Assembly (NCBI GenBank): GCA_027024225.1
Contig: JALVSR010000132.1
Span: forward strand, 1 to 62,783
Direction: 5' to 3'
Origin: Hyphomicrobiales bacterium
GTDB taxonomy: Bacteria; Pseudomonadota; Alphaproteobacteria; Rhizobiales; Aestuariivirgaceae
Length of the DNA stretch: 62,783 nucleotides
Shown piece by piece: positions 1 to 10,043 of this stretch. Position numbers and translations under genes: made by a program. Within the stretch, counting starts at the first letter, position 1. Each line of letters opens with the position of its first letter. Below the pieces are notes generated by a model. It made no database searches. It saw only the letters and a program-made list of their open reading frames with translations, and was not told the DNA's origin.

Positions 1-29
1 GGCGGAGGGCGGTATTTTACCAATGGATA

Positions 30-2981
30 TTACTTCTGTTCCTTCAATTTCGCCAGCACGGCGAAGGGCGAGTCGGGGTCGGGCGCGCGCTCCTTCTTGC
101 GCGGCGCGGGCCTCCCACCCCCCTTGTGCGGGGGCTTGCCACCCTTTCCGCCCCTGCCCTTCGCGGGCTTGCCGCGCCGCGCGCCCGGTGCCTTGCCCCT
201 GGGCGCGGCCTTTTTCTTGCAGCGGAACGGCCCGGTGCCATCCGGCCACCAGACCACGATCTCCACCTCCTCCGGCTCCGCCGCCACTGTCTCTTCGGCT
301 TTCGCCTCAGCCGCGACGGAAGCGGCCTCGCCGGCTTCAACCGCTTCGGGCGTTTCAGCAGGTTGGGCCGCTTCGGTGGCTTCAGCGGCCGAAGCGGTTT
401 TGCTCTCTTCGGCGGACTTTTCCGCCTCCTCGGCCTCCGCCTTCGCTTCCCCGGTGAGCTTTTCCGCCTCCGTCGCGGCTTCCTCCGTCTTCGCCTCTTC
501 CGCCTTTTTCTCCATCTTCACCTTGCGGTGCTCGGGCTTGTAGCCCAGCGTCTCCAGAACGGCGGCAAAGTCCTCGCCGGAGCAGCCCACCAGCGACATC
601 ATGTCGGGAATGACCATGAAGCCGCCGCCCTCAACCGAGCCCTCGGGCCGCTCCTCGCCGGTGAAGCGCGGCTTCCAGAACACGCGGTCGCGGATCATGT
701 CGCCCAACCGCTCCAGCATGTCCACGCGCACCGCCCGGCGCTTGCACGGCCGGTAACCGGCCACCAGCGCATAGCCCTCCGGCCAGTTCTCGTCCACCGG
801 CACGGAGGTCAGCCCGTTGGCCGGCGGAGGCGGCACGTCCTTCATCTCCCCGCCCTGCTGCTCCTGCCACAGCTTCCACAACAGCAGCCGCGCCTGCGTC
901 GGCGCGGGCTTCAGCAGCGCCGGGATGAAGATGTGATAGGCGCCAAAGCGCACCCCGTGCTTGCGCAAGGGCGCGCGCATGTCCTGATCCAACTGCTTCA
1001 CGTCCTCGGCCACGTCCTCGCGCGGCAACACGCCCAGCGCCTCCACCAGCCGAAAGGCCAGCCCGCGCGCAAGCCCGGTAATGGCCTCGCCTTCCTCGCC
1101 GCCGTCACCTCCCTCGGCCAGCGCGTAGAGGGGGCTGAGCAGCTCCTGCAAGTGGCGCGAGACGAATTTCTCGAGCCGCTTGAGCACCATGTCGCGCTCC
1201 GCGCCCGCCAGCGCCTCGTCGGCCAGCACCTCCACCTTCGGGCGCAGGATATCCGCGCCGGGCCTGAGCCGGCCGATCGCATGACCCTTCCACAACACCC
1301 TGCCCTCGGCGTCGAGCGTGAAGTCGCCATCGGGTGCGGCCATGATGGCCTGCGCCCGGTCGGAAAGCTCGCGCGCCACGGCCTTCTGCGCGGCCGTGTT
1401 CCAGGCCCTGGCGTGTTCGCCCGTTTGCGCCGCGCCGTCGGGGAAGAAGCGCAGGCCCTCTACGCGCCCCACGTGTGCGCCTTCCACCTCCACGTTGCCT
1501 TCGTCATCCACGCTCGACATGAGGATGTCCTTCTCCCGCAGTTTCTTCAGCAATACGGATGTCTGCCGGTCGATGAACCGGTTGGTCAGCCGCTCGTGCA
1601 GGGCGTCCGAGAGCCTGTCTTCCACCTCCCGCGTGCGCCCGCGCCAGTATTCGGCGTCTTTCAGCCAGCGCGAACGGTTGGCCACGAATGTCCATGTTCT
1701 CACATGGGCGATGCGATTTGACAAGGTGTCAATGTCGCCCTCCGGCTTGTCGCACCGCGCCACCTGGCGCGCCAGCCAGTCCTCGTCAATCACCCCTTCC
1801 GGCCCGCGGAGAAAACGGAAGATCTGCGCCACCAGGTGGGCGTGATCCGCCCCGGTGATGTTGCGATAATCGGGTATCTGGCACACCTCCCACAGCAGCT
1901 CCACCGTTTCCGGAGAATCGGCCAGCGCCATGACCTCCTCGTTGCGCGTAAGCAGCTCCAGCGCCGCCACATCCGCCGCCATGGGCGCGCGCATGAGCCC
2001 CTCGCGGTTGGGCGTGGCGCGCAAAGATGCCAGCAGGTGATCGACGGAGCGGAAGTTCAGGTTGCGGTTGCGCCATTGCACGTGGCGCACCGGTGGAAAG
2101 CGGTGTTCCTCCAGCGCCAGCACGGTTTCCTCGTCGAACGGCTCGGCATGCGCGGTAACGCCGAAAGTGCCGTCGTTCAGATACCGTCCGGCGCGGCCCG
2201 CAATCTGCGCCAGCTCCGGCATGGTGAGTTCCCGGAAGCGGAAGCCGTCGAACTTGCGCGTGGCGGCGAAGGCCACGTGCTCGATGTCCATGTTCAGCCC
2301 CATGCCGATGGCATCCGTGGCCACGAGGTAGTCCACCTCGCCGGACTGATACAGCGCCACTTGCGCGTTGCGTGTGCGCGGGGAGAGCGCGCCCATGACC
2401 ACCGCCGCGCCCCCGCGCGTGCGGCGGATGAGCTCGGCCACGGAATAAACCATGTCGGCGGAAAACGCGACGATGGCGCTGCGCGGGGGCAAGCGCGTGA
2501 GCTTCTTCGGCCCCGCATAGGTGAGGCTGGAAAGCCGCGGGCGGGAGCGGAACTCCACGTTCGGCAACAGGCTCTTCAGCAGCGGCTTCATGGTTTCCGC
2601 GCCCAGCAGCCACGTCTCGTCACGCCCGCGCGCGTGCAGGATGCGGTCGGTGAACACGTGCCCGCGCTCGAAGTCCGCCGCCAGCTGCACCTCGTCGATG
2701 ACCATGCAGTCCACGGGGATGGACAGCGGCATGGCCTCCACCGTGCACACGTAGTAGCGCGCACGCTCGGGCCAGATTTTTTCCTCGCCCGTTATCAGCG
2801 CCACCTGCATGGCGCCGACGCGGGCCACCAGCCGGTCGTAGATCTCGCGCGCCAGCAATCGCAGCGGCAGGCCGATCATGCCGGTGGGGAACGTGAGCAT
2901 GCGCTCCACCGCCATGTGCGTCTTGCCGGTGTTGGTGGGCCCCAGCAGGGCGATGACTCGTTTGCTGCGCATCGGGTTCAT
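30..2981 (-). CDS. SUV3/MgpS-family SF2 helicase
   Basis: Walker A GPTNTGKT, DEVQ box, VATDAIGMGLN, QIAGRAGR; acidic A/E linker and C-terminal DPDSPFAVL tail typical of alphaproteobacterial homologues. Start uncertain (ORF is open to 3035). Confidence 0.9.
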   Translation of the reverse strand: MNPMRSKRVIALLGPTNTGKTHMAVERMLTFPTGMIGLPLRLLAREIYDRLVARVGAMQVALITGEEKIWPERARYYVCTVEAMPLSIPVDCMVIDEVQLAADFERGHVFTDRILHARGRDETWLLGAETMKPLLKSLLPNVEFRSRPRLSSLTYAGPKKLTRLPPRSAIVAFSADMVYSVAELIRRTRGGAAVVMGALSPRTRNAQVALYQSGEVDYLVATDAIGMGLNMDIEHVAFAATRKFDGFRFRELTMPELAQIAGRAGRYLNDGTFGVTAHAEPFDEETVLALEEHRFPPVRHVQWRNRNLNFRSVDHLLASLRATPNREGLMRAPMAADVAALELLTRNEEVMALADSPETVELLWEVCQIPDYRNITGADHAHLVAQIFRFLRGPEGVIDEDWLARQVARCDKPEGDIDTLSNRIAHVRTWTFVANRSRWLKDAEYWRGRTREVEDRLSDALHERLTNRFIDRQTSVLLKKLREKDILMSSVDDEGNVEVEGAHVGRVEGLRFFPDGAAQTGEHARAWNTAAQKAVARELSDRAQAIMAAPDGDFTLDAEGRVLWKGHAIGRLRPGADILRPKVEVLADEALAGAERDMVLKRLEKFVSRHLQELLSPLYALAEGGDGGEEGEAITGLARGLAFRLVEALGVLPREDVAEDVKQLDQDMRAPLRKHGVRFGAYHIFIPALLKPAPTQARLLLWKLWQEQQGGEMKDVPPPPANGLTSVPVDENWPEGYALVAGYRPCKRRAVRVDMLERLGDMIRDRVFWKPRFTGEERPEGSVEGGGFMVIPDMMSLVGCSGEDFAAVLETLGYKPEHRKVKMEKKAEEAKTEEAATEAEKLTGEAKAEAEEAEKSAEESKTASAAEATEAAQPAETPEAVEAGEAASVAAEAKAEETVAAEPEEVEIVVWWPDGTGPFRCKKKAAPRGKAPGARRGKPAKGRGGKGGKPPHKGGGRPAPRKKERAPDPDSPFAVLAKLKEQK

Positions 2982-3133
2982 GGTCAGCGAGGTTGCGGTT
3001 TCGGGCAATGTGGCGCGCCGGCTCCAAGGATGCAACCGACGGACACGGTTTTGTTAACATTTGAAACAAACTTGAACATTGCGAAATCGAATCACCGACC
3101 CTGTGCGTTTTCCATCTTTGTTCGCGCCATTCG

Positions 3134-3149
3134 CCGCAACATCTTGCGC
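3134..3149. promoter_or_regulatory. NrdR-box-like site
   Basis: ccgCaAcATcTtGcgc matches the core of the NrdR consensus acaCwAtATaTwGtgt. Confidence 0.4.
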
Positions 3150-3356
3150 ACGCATTCGGCGCATGGCCCAAGGGCAAACTTGCGCACGGCGCGAAACGGA
3201 CGCGGAAAGGGTTAACAGGCGGAACATCCGTGGAGCGCTTTCCTGACGCTTTCCTAACGCGCCGCAGGCGGCGAAAGCATGGCGAGATTACGATTCAAAC
3301 CTCCTGCGAACAAGCAGTGTCCGAATCGCTGATTCCAATAAATTCTACCTTTGTTC

Positions 3357-3372
3357 ACGCCATATCTGGTGG
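3357..3372. promoter_or_regulatory. NrdR-box-like site
   Basis: acgCcAtATcTgGtgg matches the NrdR consensus core. Confidence 0.4.
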
Positions 3373-3486
3373 CCCGGCGCGCGCAAGGCAACAATGGTGA
3401 TTCATGCCGAAGCGACAAGGACGGCCCGCGTTAACCCGCTTGTTTCATTACGAAACGCCGGAGAGTGTTGAAGCTTCAAGATTGCT

Positions 3487-4896
3487 TCAGGCGTGCAACG
3501 GCTTGTCGAAGCAGGCAAGTGCGGCTTCGCGCACGGCTTCCGACAGCGTGGGATGCGCGTGGCACATGTGGGCGAGCTGCCGCGCCGTGCCGCCCGTTTG
3601 CATGAAGGCGGCCAGCTCGTGGATCATCTCGCCCGCCATGGGGCCGAGGACATGCGCACCAAGCACCCGCCCCGTCTCCTTGGCGGCGAGGATTTTCACG
3701 AACCCGGCGGTGGCATGCATGGCCCGCGCCCGGCCATTGCCGCGGAAGTGGAACACACCCTTCACGCAGGCCACGCCTGCCTCTTTCAGCTCATCCTCGG
3801 TGAAGCCCACGCTGGCCGCCTCCGGCGCGGTGTAAAGCACCGATGGAATGAGCGCGTAGTTCACCGCCACCTCCTGCCCCGCCAGCAGCTCGGCCAGGGC
3901 ATAGCCTTCCTCCTCCGCCTTGTGCGCCAGCATGGACTGGCCAATGACATCGCCAATGGCGTAGATGCTCCTCACGCTCGTCTCGAAGGCCTCGTTGACG
4001 GGAATGAAGCCGCGTTCATCCGGCACAATGCCCACGTCCTCCAGCCCCAGACCATCGGTAAACGGCACCCGGCCAGTGGCCAGCAACACGCGCTCCGCAC
4101 GCAGGGTTTGCGTGGCGCCATCCTTGCGCCTTTCCATTTCCACACGTGCCGCGCCATTGTCTGCGCCGGCGTGGGTGACGGCATGACCAGGGAAGAACTT
4201 GATGCCGATTTTCTTGAGCTCCCGCTGCAAGGTCTTGCGAACGTCGATATCCCAGCCTGGCAGGATCATGTCATCGTATTCAATGACCGTCACCTCCGCC
4301 CCCAGCCGGCGCCACACCGAGCCCAGCTCCAGCCCGATGACGCCGCCACCGATGACCGCCAGGGAGGTGGGCACGGCCTCGAAGGAAAGCGCTTCGGTGG
4401 AGGTAACCACGTATTCGCCATCCACCTCCGCGCCGGGCAGCAGGGCCGGGGCGGAGCCAGTGGCGATCACGATGGCCCCGGCATTGTGGATGATCGGTTC
4501 TTCGCCGGGCGTATCCACCACCTCCACCGCATCGGGAGCGATGATGCGCGCCGTGCCGGGCACGAGCGTGATGCCGTTTTTCTTGAACAGGGCGGCCAGC
4601 CCTTGCACATTGGCCTCCACCACCTGCGCCTTGAAAGCCATCATCTGCGCCACATCCACGCGGGGCGCGCAGCCGACGATGCCGAAGGTGGAGAAATGCT
4701 CCCGCGCCTCATGAAAACGCTCCGAGACATGCAGCAGCGCCTTGGACGGAATGCACCCCACGTTGAGACAGGTGCCGCCCAGCGCCGGACGCCTTTCCAC
4801 CACCGCCACCTTCAGCCCCAGCTGCGCGCAGCGAATGGCGCAAACATAGCCGCCCGGGCCCGCTCCGATGATGAGAACGTCATGTTGGTCGCTCAT
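3487..4896 (-). CDS. lpdA: dihydrolipoyl dehydrogenase (E3)
   Basis: GAGPGGY FAD motif, GGTCLNVGCIPSK redox disulfide, GGGVIGLE, HAHPTLSE. Confidence 0.95.
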   Translation of the reverse strand: MSDQHDVLIIGAGPGGYVCAIRCAQLGLKVAVVERRPALGGTCLNVGCIPSKALLHVSERFHEAREHFSTFGIVGCAPRVDVAQMMAFKAQVVEANVQGLAALFKKNGITLVPGTARIIAPDAVEVVDTPGEEPIIHNAGAIVIATGSAPALLPGAEVDGEYVVTSTEALSFEAVPTSLAVIGGGVIGLELGSVWRRLGAEVTVIEYDDMILPGWDIDVRKTLQRELKKIGIKFFPGHAVTHAGADNGAARVEMERRKDGATQTLRAERVLLATGRVPFTDGLGLEDVGIVPDERGFIPVNEAFETSVRSIYAIGDVIGQSMLAHKAEEEGYALAELLAGQEVAVNYALIPSVLYTAPEAASVGFTEDELKEAGVACVKGVFHFRGNGRARAMHATAGFVKILAAKETGRVLGAHVLGPMAGEMIHELAAFMQTGGTARQLAHMCHAHPTLSEAVREAALACFDKPLHA

Positions 4897-4975
4897 GGCC
4901 GGGGCCTCCGTGTCATTTCAGGATGGTAGCCAGCGCCGACGTCGGGCCGGCAAGGGATGGCCTGTGTCGGCCTTG

Positions 4976-6154
4976 TCATTCGTCCAGCTCGAAATCGATG
5001 GTGATGCGGTTGCCGGCCACGGGCCGGAAGTGCTTGTCGGCATACTCCACATGAACGGGATGGTCGCGATAATGGGCAATCACCTCCGGCTGACAGAAGC
5101 GCACCAGCCACACGTAGCGATATTGCGGATCTTCCGGCTGGATGGCCACGCCGGTTTCCACCGCCATGACGCCGGGGATCCTCGACAATACCTCCCGGCC
5201 CTTCGCGCGCAGTTGCGCCGCGCCCTCCTCGTCCAGACCCTCCACGTTGTATTCGATGACATGCATGACATTGCGCCACGGGCGGGCGGACTGCAACACC
5301 TCCTCGGCGCGGTTCTCGCTGCCCCACAGGCGGATCATGCGCCTGCATTCCTCCGCGATGGCCTCGCGCACACCCTTCACCAGCGCGGTATAGCCTTTCA
5401 CCTGTTTCGCCGCGTTGTCATACATCACCCGTGCGGCGGCGTCCGACAGCGCGGTGTAGTAGTTGATCTTGGTGACACCGTTCTCGATGAGCTTGCGGAA
5501 CTGTTCGTCCGACAGCCCCGTGCCGCCATGGATGACCAGCGGGATGCCCAGGCGCGCGTTGATTTCCGCCAGGCGGTCGAAGTCCAGCTTCGGTTTGCCC
5601 TTCATCCGCCCGTGCACCGTGCCGATGGACACGGCGAGGAAATCCACCCCCGTTTCCTCGACGAAGCGCGCCGCCTCCTCCGGCGTGGTGTAGCGAATCT
5701 CGCCGGGATGCTTTTCCGCGTCCTCGCCTTCCACGCCCGGCACGTAGCCCAGCTCGCCTTCCACCGGCACGCCCACCGCGTGCGCCACGTCCGCCACCTC
5801 TTTCGTGATGCGCGCGTTTTCCTCGAACGGGTGGTGCGAGGCGTCCACCATCACGCCGTTGCATCCCAGCCGGATGCCGGTGATGACCGATTCCAGGCTT
5901 TCACCATGGTCGAGGTGAATAGCCACCGGCACGCTGGCGCGCTTCGCCGCGGCCACGGTGGCGTGCATGATGAGCTCGAAATCGTAGTATTCGAAATGCG
6001 ATTCCGCCAGGCTCAGGATGACCGGCGCGCGCATTTCCTCCGCCGCCGCCATGATGCCTTCCAGGAAGTCCAGCGACACGAGGTCGAACGCGCCCACGGC
6101 ATAACGGTTCTCGTGCGCATGCTTGAGCATGTCCTTCATGTTCACCAGAGGCAT
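4976..6154 (-). CDS. fba: class II fructose/ketose-bisphosphate aldolase with C-terminal Dabb-like domain
   Basis: HLDHG, GTVHG, LVIHGGTG, TKIN motifs; about 100 extra C-terminal residues with YRDHPVHVEY (Dabb-like). Confidence 0.85.
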   Translation of the reverse strand: MPLVNMKDMLKHAHENRYAVGAFDLVSLDFLEGIMAAAEEMRAPVILSLAESHFEYYDFELIMHATVAAAKRASVPVAIHLDHGESLESVITGIRLGCNGVMVDASHHPFEENARITKEVADVAHAVGVPVEGELGYVPGVEGEDAEKHPGEIRYTTPEEAARFVEETGVDFLAVSIGTVHGRMKGKPKLDFDRLAEINARLGIPLVIHGGTGLSDEQFRKLIENGVTKINYYTALSDAAARVMYDNAAKQVKGYTALVKGVREAIAEECRRMIRLWGSENRAEEVLQSARPWRNVMHVIEYNVEGLDEEGAAQLRAKGREVLSRIPGVMAVETGVAIQPEDPQYRYVWLVRFCQPEVIAHYRDHPVHVEYADKHFRPVAGNRITIDFELDE

Positions 6155-6307
6155 GGTTCCCCTCCGTCAGGTCTGGCGTGAATTCCATGTTTTCGGCCGC
6201 ACTGTAATGAAACATGCCCATGCAATAAAGCCGCTTGCGGCGCGTTATGGCGCAGAATGGAATTGCCGCCTTGCTATTGGCGGCGTCATTGCCAATATTG
6301 CGGCGCC

Positions 6308-7024
6308 ATGAGCGACGAAAAAACCGATAACCGGGAAACGCACGGGCACGACTTGCGCTTTTACGGTCGGCGCAAGTCGCGCCCCCTGAAGCCACGCCAG
6401 CAGCGGCTGATGGAAGAGCTGCTGCCGAAGGTTTCCCTGCGCCATGAACCACCGGAGCGACTGCGCACGCCGGTGAAATTGTTCGACAAGCCAGTGGAAC
6501 GCGTGGTGCTGGAAATCGGCTTCGGTGGCGGAGAGCACCTGGCGCACCAGGCGCTCGCGCACCCCCAGTGGGGCTTCATCGGCGCGGAGCCATTCATCAA
6601 TGGCGTGGCCAAGATGCTGGCGGCCATCGAGGACAACCGCCTTGACAACGTGCGCATATGGGATGGCGACGCCCGCGCCCTGCTGCCGCTCATCGGCGAT
6701 GAAACCATCGCCGAAGCGTGGCTGCTCTATCCCGATCCGTGGCCGAAGAAGCGGCACCACAAGCGCCGCTTTGTGAACCAAGAGAATCTCGAGCACATTC
6801 ACCGCATACTTGAGCCGGGCGGCATTTTCTTTTTTGCCAGCGACATTCCCGACTACGTGCGCTGGACGCTTGCGCACGTGCGCCGGCATGGCGGCTTCGA
6901 GTGGCTGGCCGAGTGTCCGGCCGACTGGCGCGAACCACCCGCCGGCTGGCCCGGCACGCGGTATGAGCGGAAGGCCCTGCGCGAGGGGCGCACGCCGGCC
7001 TATCTGCTGTTTCGGAAGGTCTGA
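6308..7024 (+). CDS. trmB: tRNA (guanine-N7)-methyltransferase
   Basis: LEIGFGGGEHL, YPDPWPKKRHHKRR, TRYERKA. Confidence 0.95.
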   Translation: MSDEKTDNRETHGHDLRFYGRRKSRPLKPRQQRLMEELLPKVSLRHEPPERLRTPVKLFDKPVERVVLEIGFGGGEHLAHQALAHPQWGFIGAEPFINGVAKMLAAIEDNRLDNVRIWDGDARALLPLIGDETIAEAWLLYPDPWPKKRHHKRRFVNQENLEHIHRILEPGGIFFFASDIPDYVRWTLAHVRRHGGFEWLAECPADWREPPAGWPGTRYERKALREGRTPAYLLFRKV

Positions 7025-7085
7025 TTTGCACTGAAGCGCGTCGCACCGGCCCGTTTCCCTGCCGACCACCTGCCTCTCATGAAAA

Positions 7086-7148
7086 AGCCCTCGCCCCCTC
7101 CCGGCCACTTGGCTTCACAATTTGGGTGGCCGGGAGGGGGCGAGGGCT
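7086..7148. terminator. 23-bp perfect inverted repeat between convergent trmB and pgi
   Basis: AGCCCTCGCCCCCTCCCGGCCAC (7086-7108), 17-nt spacer, exact reverse complement (7126-7148). Confidence 0.6.
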
Positions 7149-7213
7149 GGCGCCGTGCACTTCCGTGCATGAAGAATCCCGTGGTTGGGCGGAGGAAGAG
7201 GGCCCAACACATC

Positions 7214-8602
7214 CTACAGCTGCGGCACGGGAAGTTTGCGCAGCAGGTCGCGGGTGATCTTCTTGGAAAACTCCACCGCCGGCTGATCGTAGGGGTCGAT
7301 GCCCAGCACATAGCCGGTGAGGATGGTTTCCAGCATGAAATGCATGAACATCGCACCCAGAAATTCTTCGTTCAATTCATGGAAACGAAAGGTGCGCACG
7401 GGCCGGCCCTTGCGCATGAGGCTCTCCACCGTGGCGCGCTGTTCGCAGTCGGTCAAATCGCCGATGGTGTGGCCGCCCAGGCAGCTCAGGCGCTCGTCCG
7501 CATCGTCCGCCAGCACCGCCGGTGCGCGATATCCCAAGCCGGCCGTTTCCGGCATGACGATGGAAAACAGCTTGTCGTTCGGTCCATCCAGGAACAGTTG
7601 CAGCTGCGAATGCTGATCCAGCGGGCCGGTGGCGCTGACGGGCAGCGGCCCCTTGCCCTGTTTCCCTAAACTTTCCGCCCACAGCTGCCGCCACCAGGCG
7701 GTGAACAAGCTGAGCTGGCTGGTGTAGGGCATCATGATGACGGCCTTCAGCTGCCCGGCGTTCAGAAACCCCGCATGTAGCGCCGCGCCCATCAGCGGCG
7801 GGTTGTTTTCCGGCGGGGTATCTTCCGCCAGCGTCAGGTCCAGCACCCTGGCGGCCGAGGCGCGCAGCCGCGCCGTGTCCAGCCCCAGCAGGCTGGCCGG
7901 CAGCATCCCGACGATGGAAAAGGCGGCGAACCGCCCGCCGATGTCGGGGGGATGATCCATCACCAGAATGCCATGCAAGCCGGCGATGCGCAGCAGCGGG
8001 TTGTGGCGCGCATCACCCGGCTCGGTGATGATGAGCATGCGCTGCGCCAGCGAGGAGCCCAGGCCGTGCACCTGCAGGTAATCGATGGCCCACAGGCATT
8101 GCATGAGCGTTTCCGCCGTGGAGCCGGACTTGGAAATGACGAGAAACCGCAAGCCCTCCAGGTCGAGCCGGCTGATGAAGCGCTCCATCCACGGCGTTTC
8201 CGGGTTGTCCATCACATGAAAGGCCGGGGCGGACTGATCACCCCCGTGCAGGAAGCGCGAGAGCTGACGCAGCGTGCGCGGCGCCAGGGCCGAGCCGCCG
8301 ATGCCGAACAGCACGATATCTTTCGCCCCGGCGGCGAACTTTTGCGCGGCGAGGCGGATTTGCACCAGGTCGTCATCGCGGTGCACAATGGAAAGCACCG
8401 GCGCTTTTCCTGCGTGATATTCCTCGCGCAGACGCTTGAGCGCTTCCTGTGCGGCGCTCAGCGCCTTGTCCATTTCCACGCGGGAGAGCCCGTTGGGGCC
8501 GATGCTGCCGGCCAGGCAGCCGCTGATGTCCTGCGCATAAGGCAGGTGACGGCAGGTGGATTTCCTCGCTGCATGTTTTTCGCGCACGACAGAAACGGAC
8601 AT
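7214..8602 (-). CDS. pgi: glucose-6-phosphate isomerase (short type)
   Basis: GIGGSAL, ISKSGSTAET, IGGRF, QLWAESLGK, DQHSQLQ, DQPAVE; start could be 8620. Confidence 0.9.
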   Translation of the reverse strand: MSVSVVREKHAARKSTCRHLPYAQDISGCLAGSIGPNGLSRVEMDKALSAAQEALKRLREEYHAGKAPVLSIVHRDDDLVQIRLAAQKFAAGAKDIVLFGIGGSALAPRTLRQLSRFLHGGDQSAPAFHVMDNPETPWMERFISRLDLEGLRFLVISKSGSTAETLMQCLWAIDYLQVHGLGSSLAQRMLIITEPGDARHNPLLRIAGLHGILVMDHPPDIGGRFAAFSIVGMLPASLLGLDTARLRASAARVLDLTLAEDTPPENNPPLMGAALHAGFLNAGQLKAVIMMPYTSQLSLFTAWWRQLWAESLGKQGKGPLPVSATGPLDQHSQLQLFLDGPNDKLFSIVMPETAGLGYRAPAVLADDADERLSCLGGHTIGDLTDCEQRATVESLMRKGRPVRTFRFHELNEEFLGAMFMHFMLETILTGYVLGIDPYDQPAVEFSKKITRDLLRKLPVPQL

Positions 8603-8693
8603 GTCTTGTCTTGCCCCCATTGTGGCCTCATTTTCAACATTCCATTAATAGGCTGGAAACCTCACCAAATGGTTGATTGCGCGGGAGTCGCAC

Positions 8694-8981
8694 ATGTCCG
8701 GGTCTTCCACAAGGCAAAATGATGCAGAAAGACCGCCAGATCAGGACGTGGAGGCCGAAACCCGCCAGCGCATGGCGGAGATGTTGCGCCGCACCGGCGA
8801 GCAGACGGAAAAGCTCACCGGCGGCGCCGGTCTGCCCGGCACGGAGGCGGAGGCGCGGCGGAACGCGCAGGAGCCGCATGACTGGCCGGAAGTATGGGGC
8901 CCGCGCGTGGGCCGGGCGCTGGGCTATGCCTTCGCGCTATACCTGCTGTGGCACCTGCTGGGCACCTACGTGCTCGAATGA
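8694..8981 (+). CDS. small membrane protein of unknown function
   Basis: GGGAG RBS; C-terminal EVWGPRVGRALGY followed by one TM helix. Confidence 0.7.
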   Translation: MSGSSTRQNDAERPPDQDVEAETRQRMAEMLRRTGEQTEKLTGGAGLPGTEAEARRNAQEPHDWPEVWGPRVGRALGYAFALYLLWHLLGTYVLE

Positions 8982-9202
8982 CGGCCCGCGCTCACCTGGG
9001 GCGAATTCACTTTTTATTAAAAAACCCTGTTGCATTGTGGTGCCATGGTGATGCGCAGGCGACCGCCCGAGAACGCGTCCTGAAGATGCTTCACACTCGC
9101 GGTCGCCATGTCGAACGGATGATACGGACCTTCGCCCTTGCACGCGGGCCCATTCGGTGGCAATATACATGCGGCCGGGGAGAGGGGAACCAGGGGGAAC
9201 AG

Positions 9203-9556
9203 ATGCTGCGTTTCCGCATGAAGGCTGCCTGTGCCATGCTTGCGATGTTTGGCGCGCTCGCGTTGGGCGGATGCGCGACATCGGTGGATCCCGTTCCGGC
9301 CATTCCCGACACCTCCTCGTTCCACAATCCCGCCGGAGAAACACTGCAAAACGGCGATACCTTGCGCATCGTCGTATTCGGCAAGGACGATCTCTCTCGC
9401 ACCTATACCATCGACGCCAACGGCGAAATTTCCTTTGGCGACTTTGGCCGCCTCAAGGCTGCGGGCCTGACCGTGGCAACCCTGGAGCAGGAAATCACCC
9501 GCCTGCTGGCCGAGCACGGGCAGCCGGGCGCACAGGTGAGTGTGCTGCGCGACTGA
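9203..9556 (+). CDS. polysaccharide export (Wza N-terminal/Poly_export) domain lipoprotein
   Basis: lipobox LGGC; LQNGDTLRIVVFGKDDLSRTYTIDANGEI...AAGLTVATLE. Confidence 0.75.
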   Translation: MLRFRMKAACAMLAMFGALALGGCATSVDPVPAIPDTSSFHNPAGETLQNGDTLRIVVFGKDDLSRTYTIDANGEISFGDFGRLKAAGLTVATLEQEITRLLAEHGQPGAQVSVLRD

Positions 9557-9752
9557 TGCGCAAATCCGCAGCGTGCGCCCATGACGGCCGCCAGTCGATA
9601 CCTTTCCAATCATGTGTGAGGTTCGCAATTTTTCTCGCAAGGTTCCGCCCTTGTTTTTCCTCCCATTTTGCATGATATTCTCATGACATCGCCCGGTGGC
9701 CGAGCCATCGACCCTGCTACGGATGCTTCCGCCAACGGCAAGAGGTATCGAG

Positions 9753-10004
9753 ATGAAACTTCTGTACTTTGCCTGGGTGCGCGAAAAACTGGGGCGTCAG
9801 GAAGAAGAGCTGACCCCGCCGCCGGAAGTGCGCACGGTGGGCGACCTGTTGCGCTGGCTGCGTTCACTGGACGCGGCCCACGCCGAGGCGCTGGCGGATG
9901 AAAACGTTCTGCGTGTGGCGGTAGATCAGGCGCACGCGAACCTCGACACACCATTGAAAAATGCGCGCGAGGTGGCCTTCTTTCCGCCCGTTACCGGCGG
10001 CTGA
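9753..10004 (+). CDS. moaD: molybdopterin synthase sulfur carrier subunit
   Basis: MKLLYFAWVRE start and EVAFFPPVTGG C-terminus. Confidence 0.95.
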   Translation: MKLLYFAWVREKLGRQEEELTPPPEVRTVGDLLRWLRSLDAAHAEALADENVLRVAVDQAHANLDTPLKNAREVAFFPPVTGG

Positions 10005-10043
10005 CGCGCCAGGCTTCCTCCAACACATTTCCCAGGTGGCCGT

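Noticed and set aside
270-520. Repetitive A/E/K-rich segment in the helicase
   Set aside because: Low-complexity linker common in this family; no exact DNA tandem repeat
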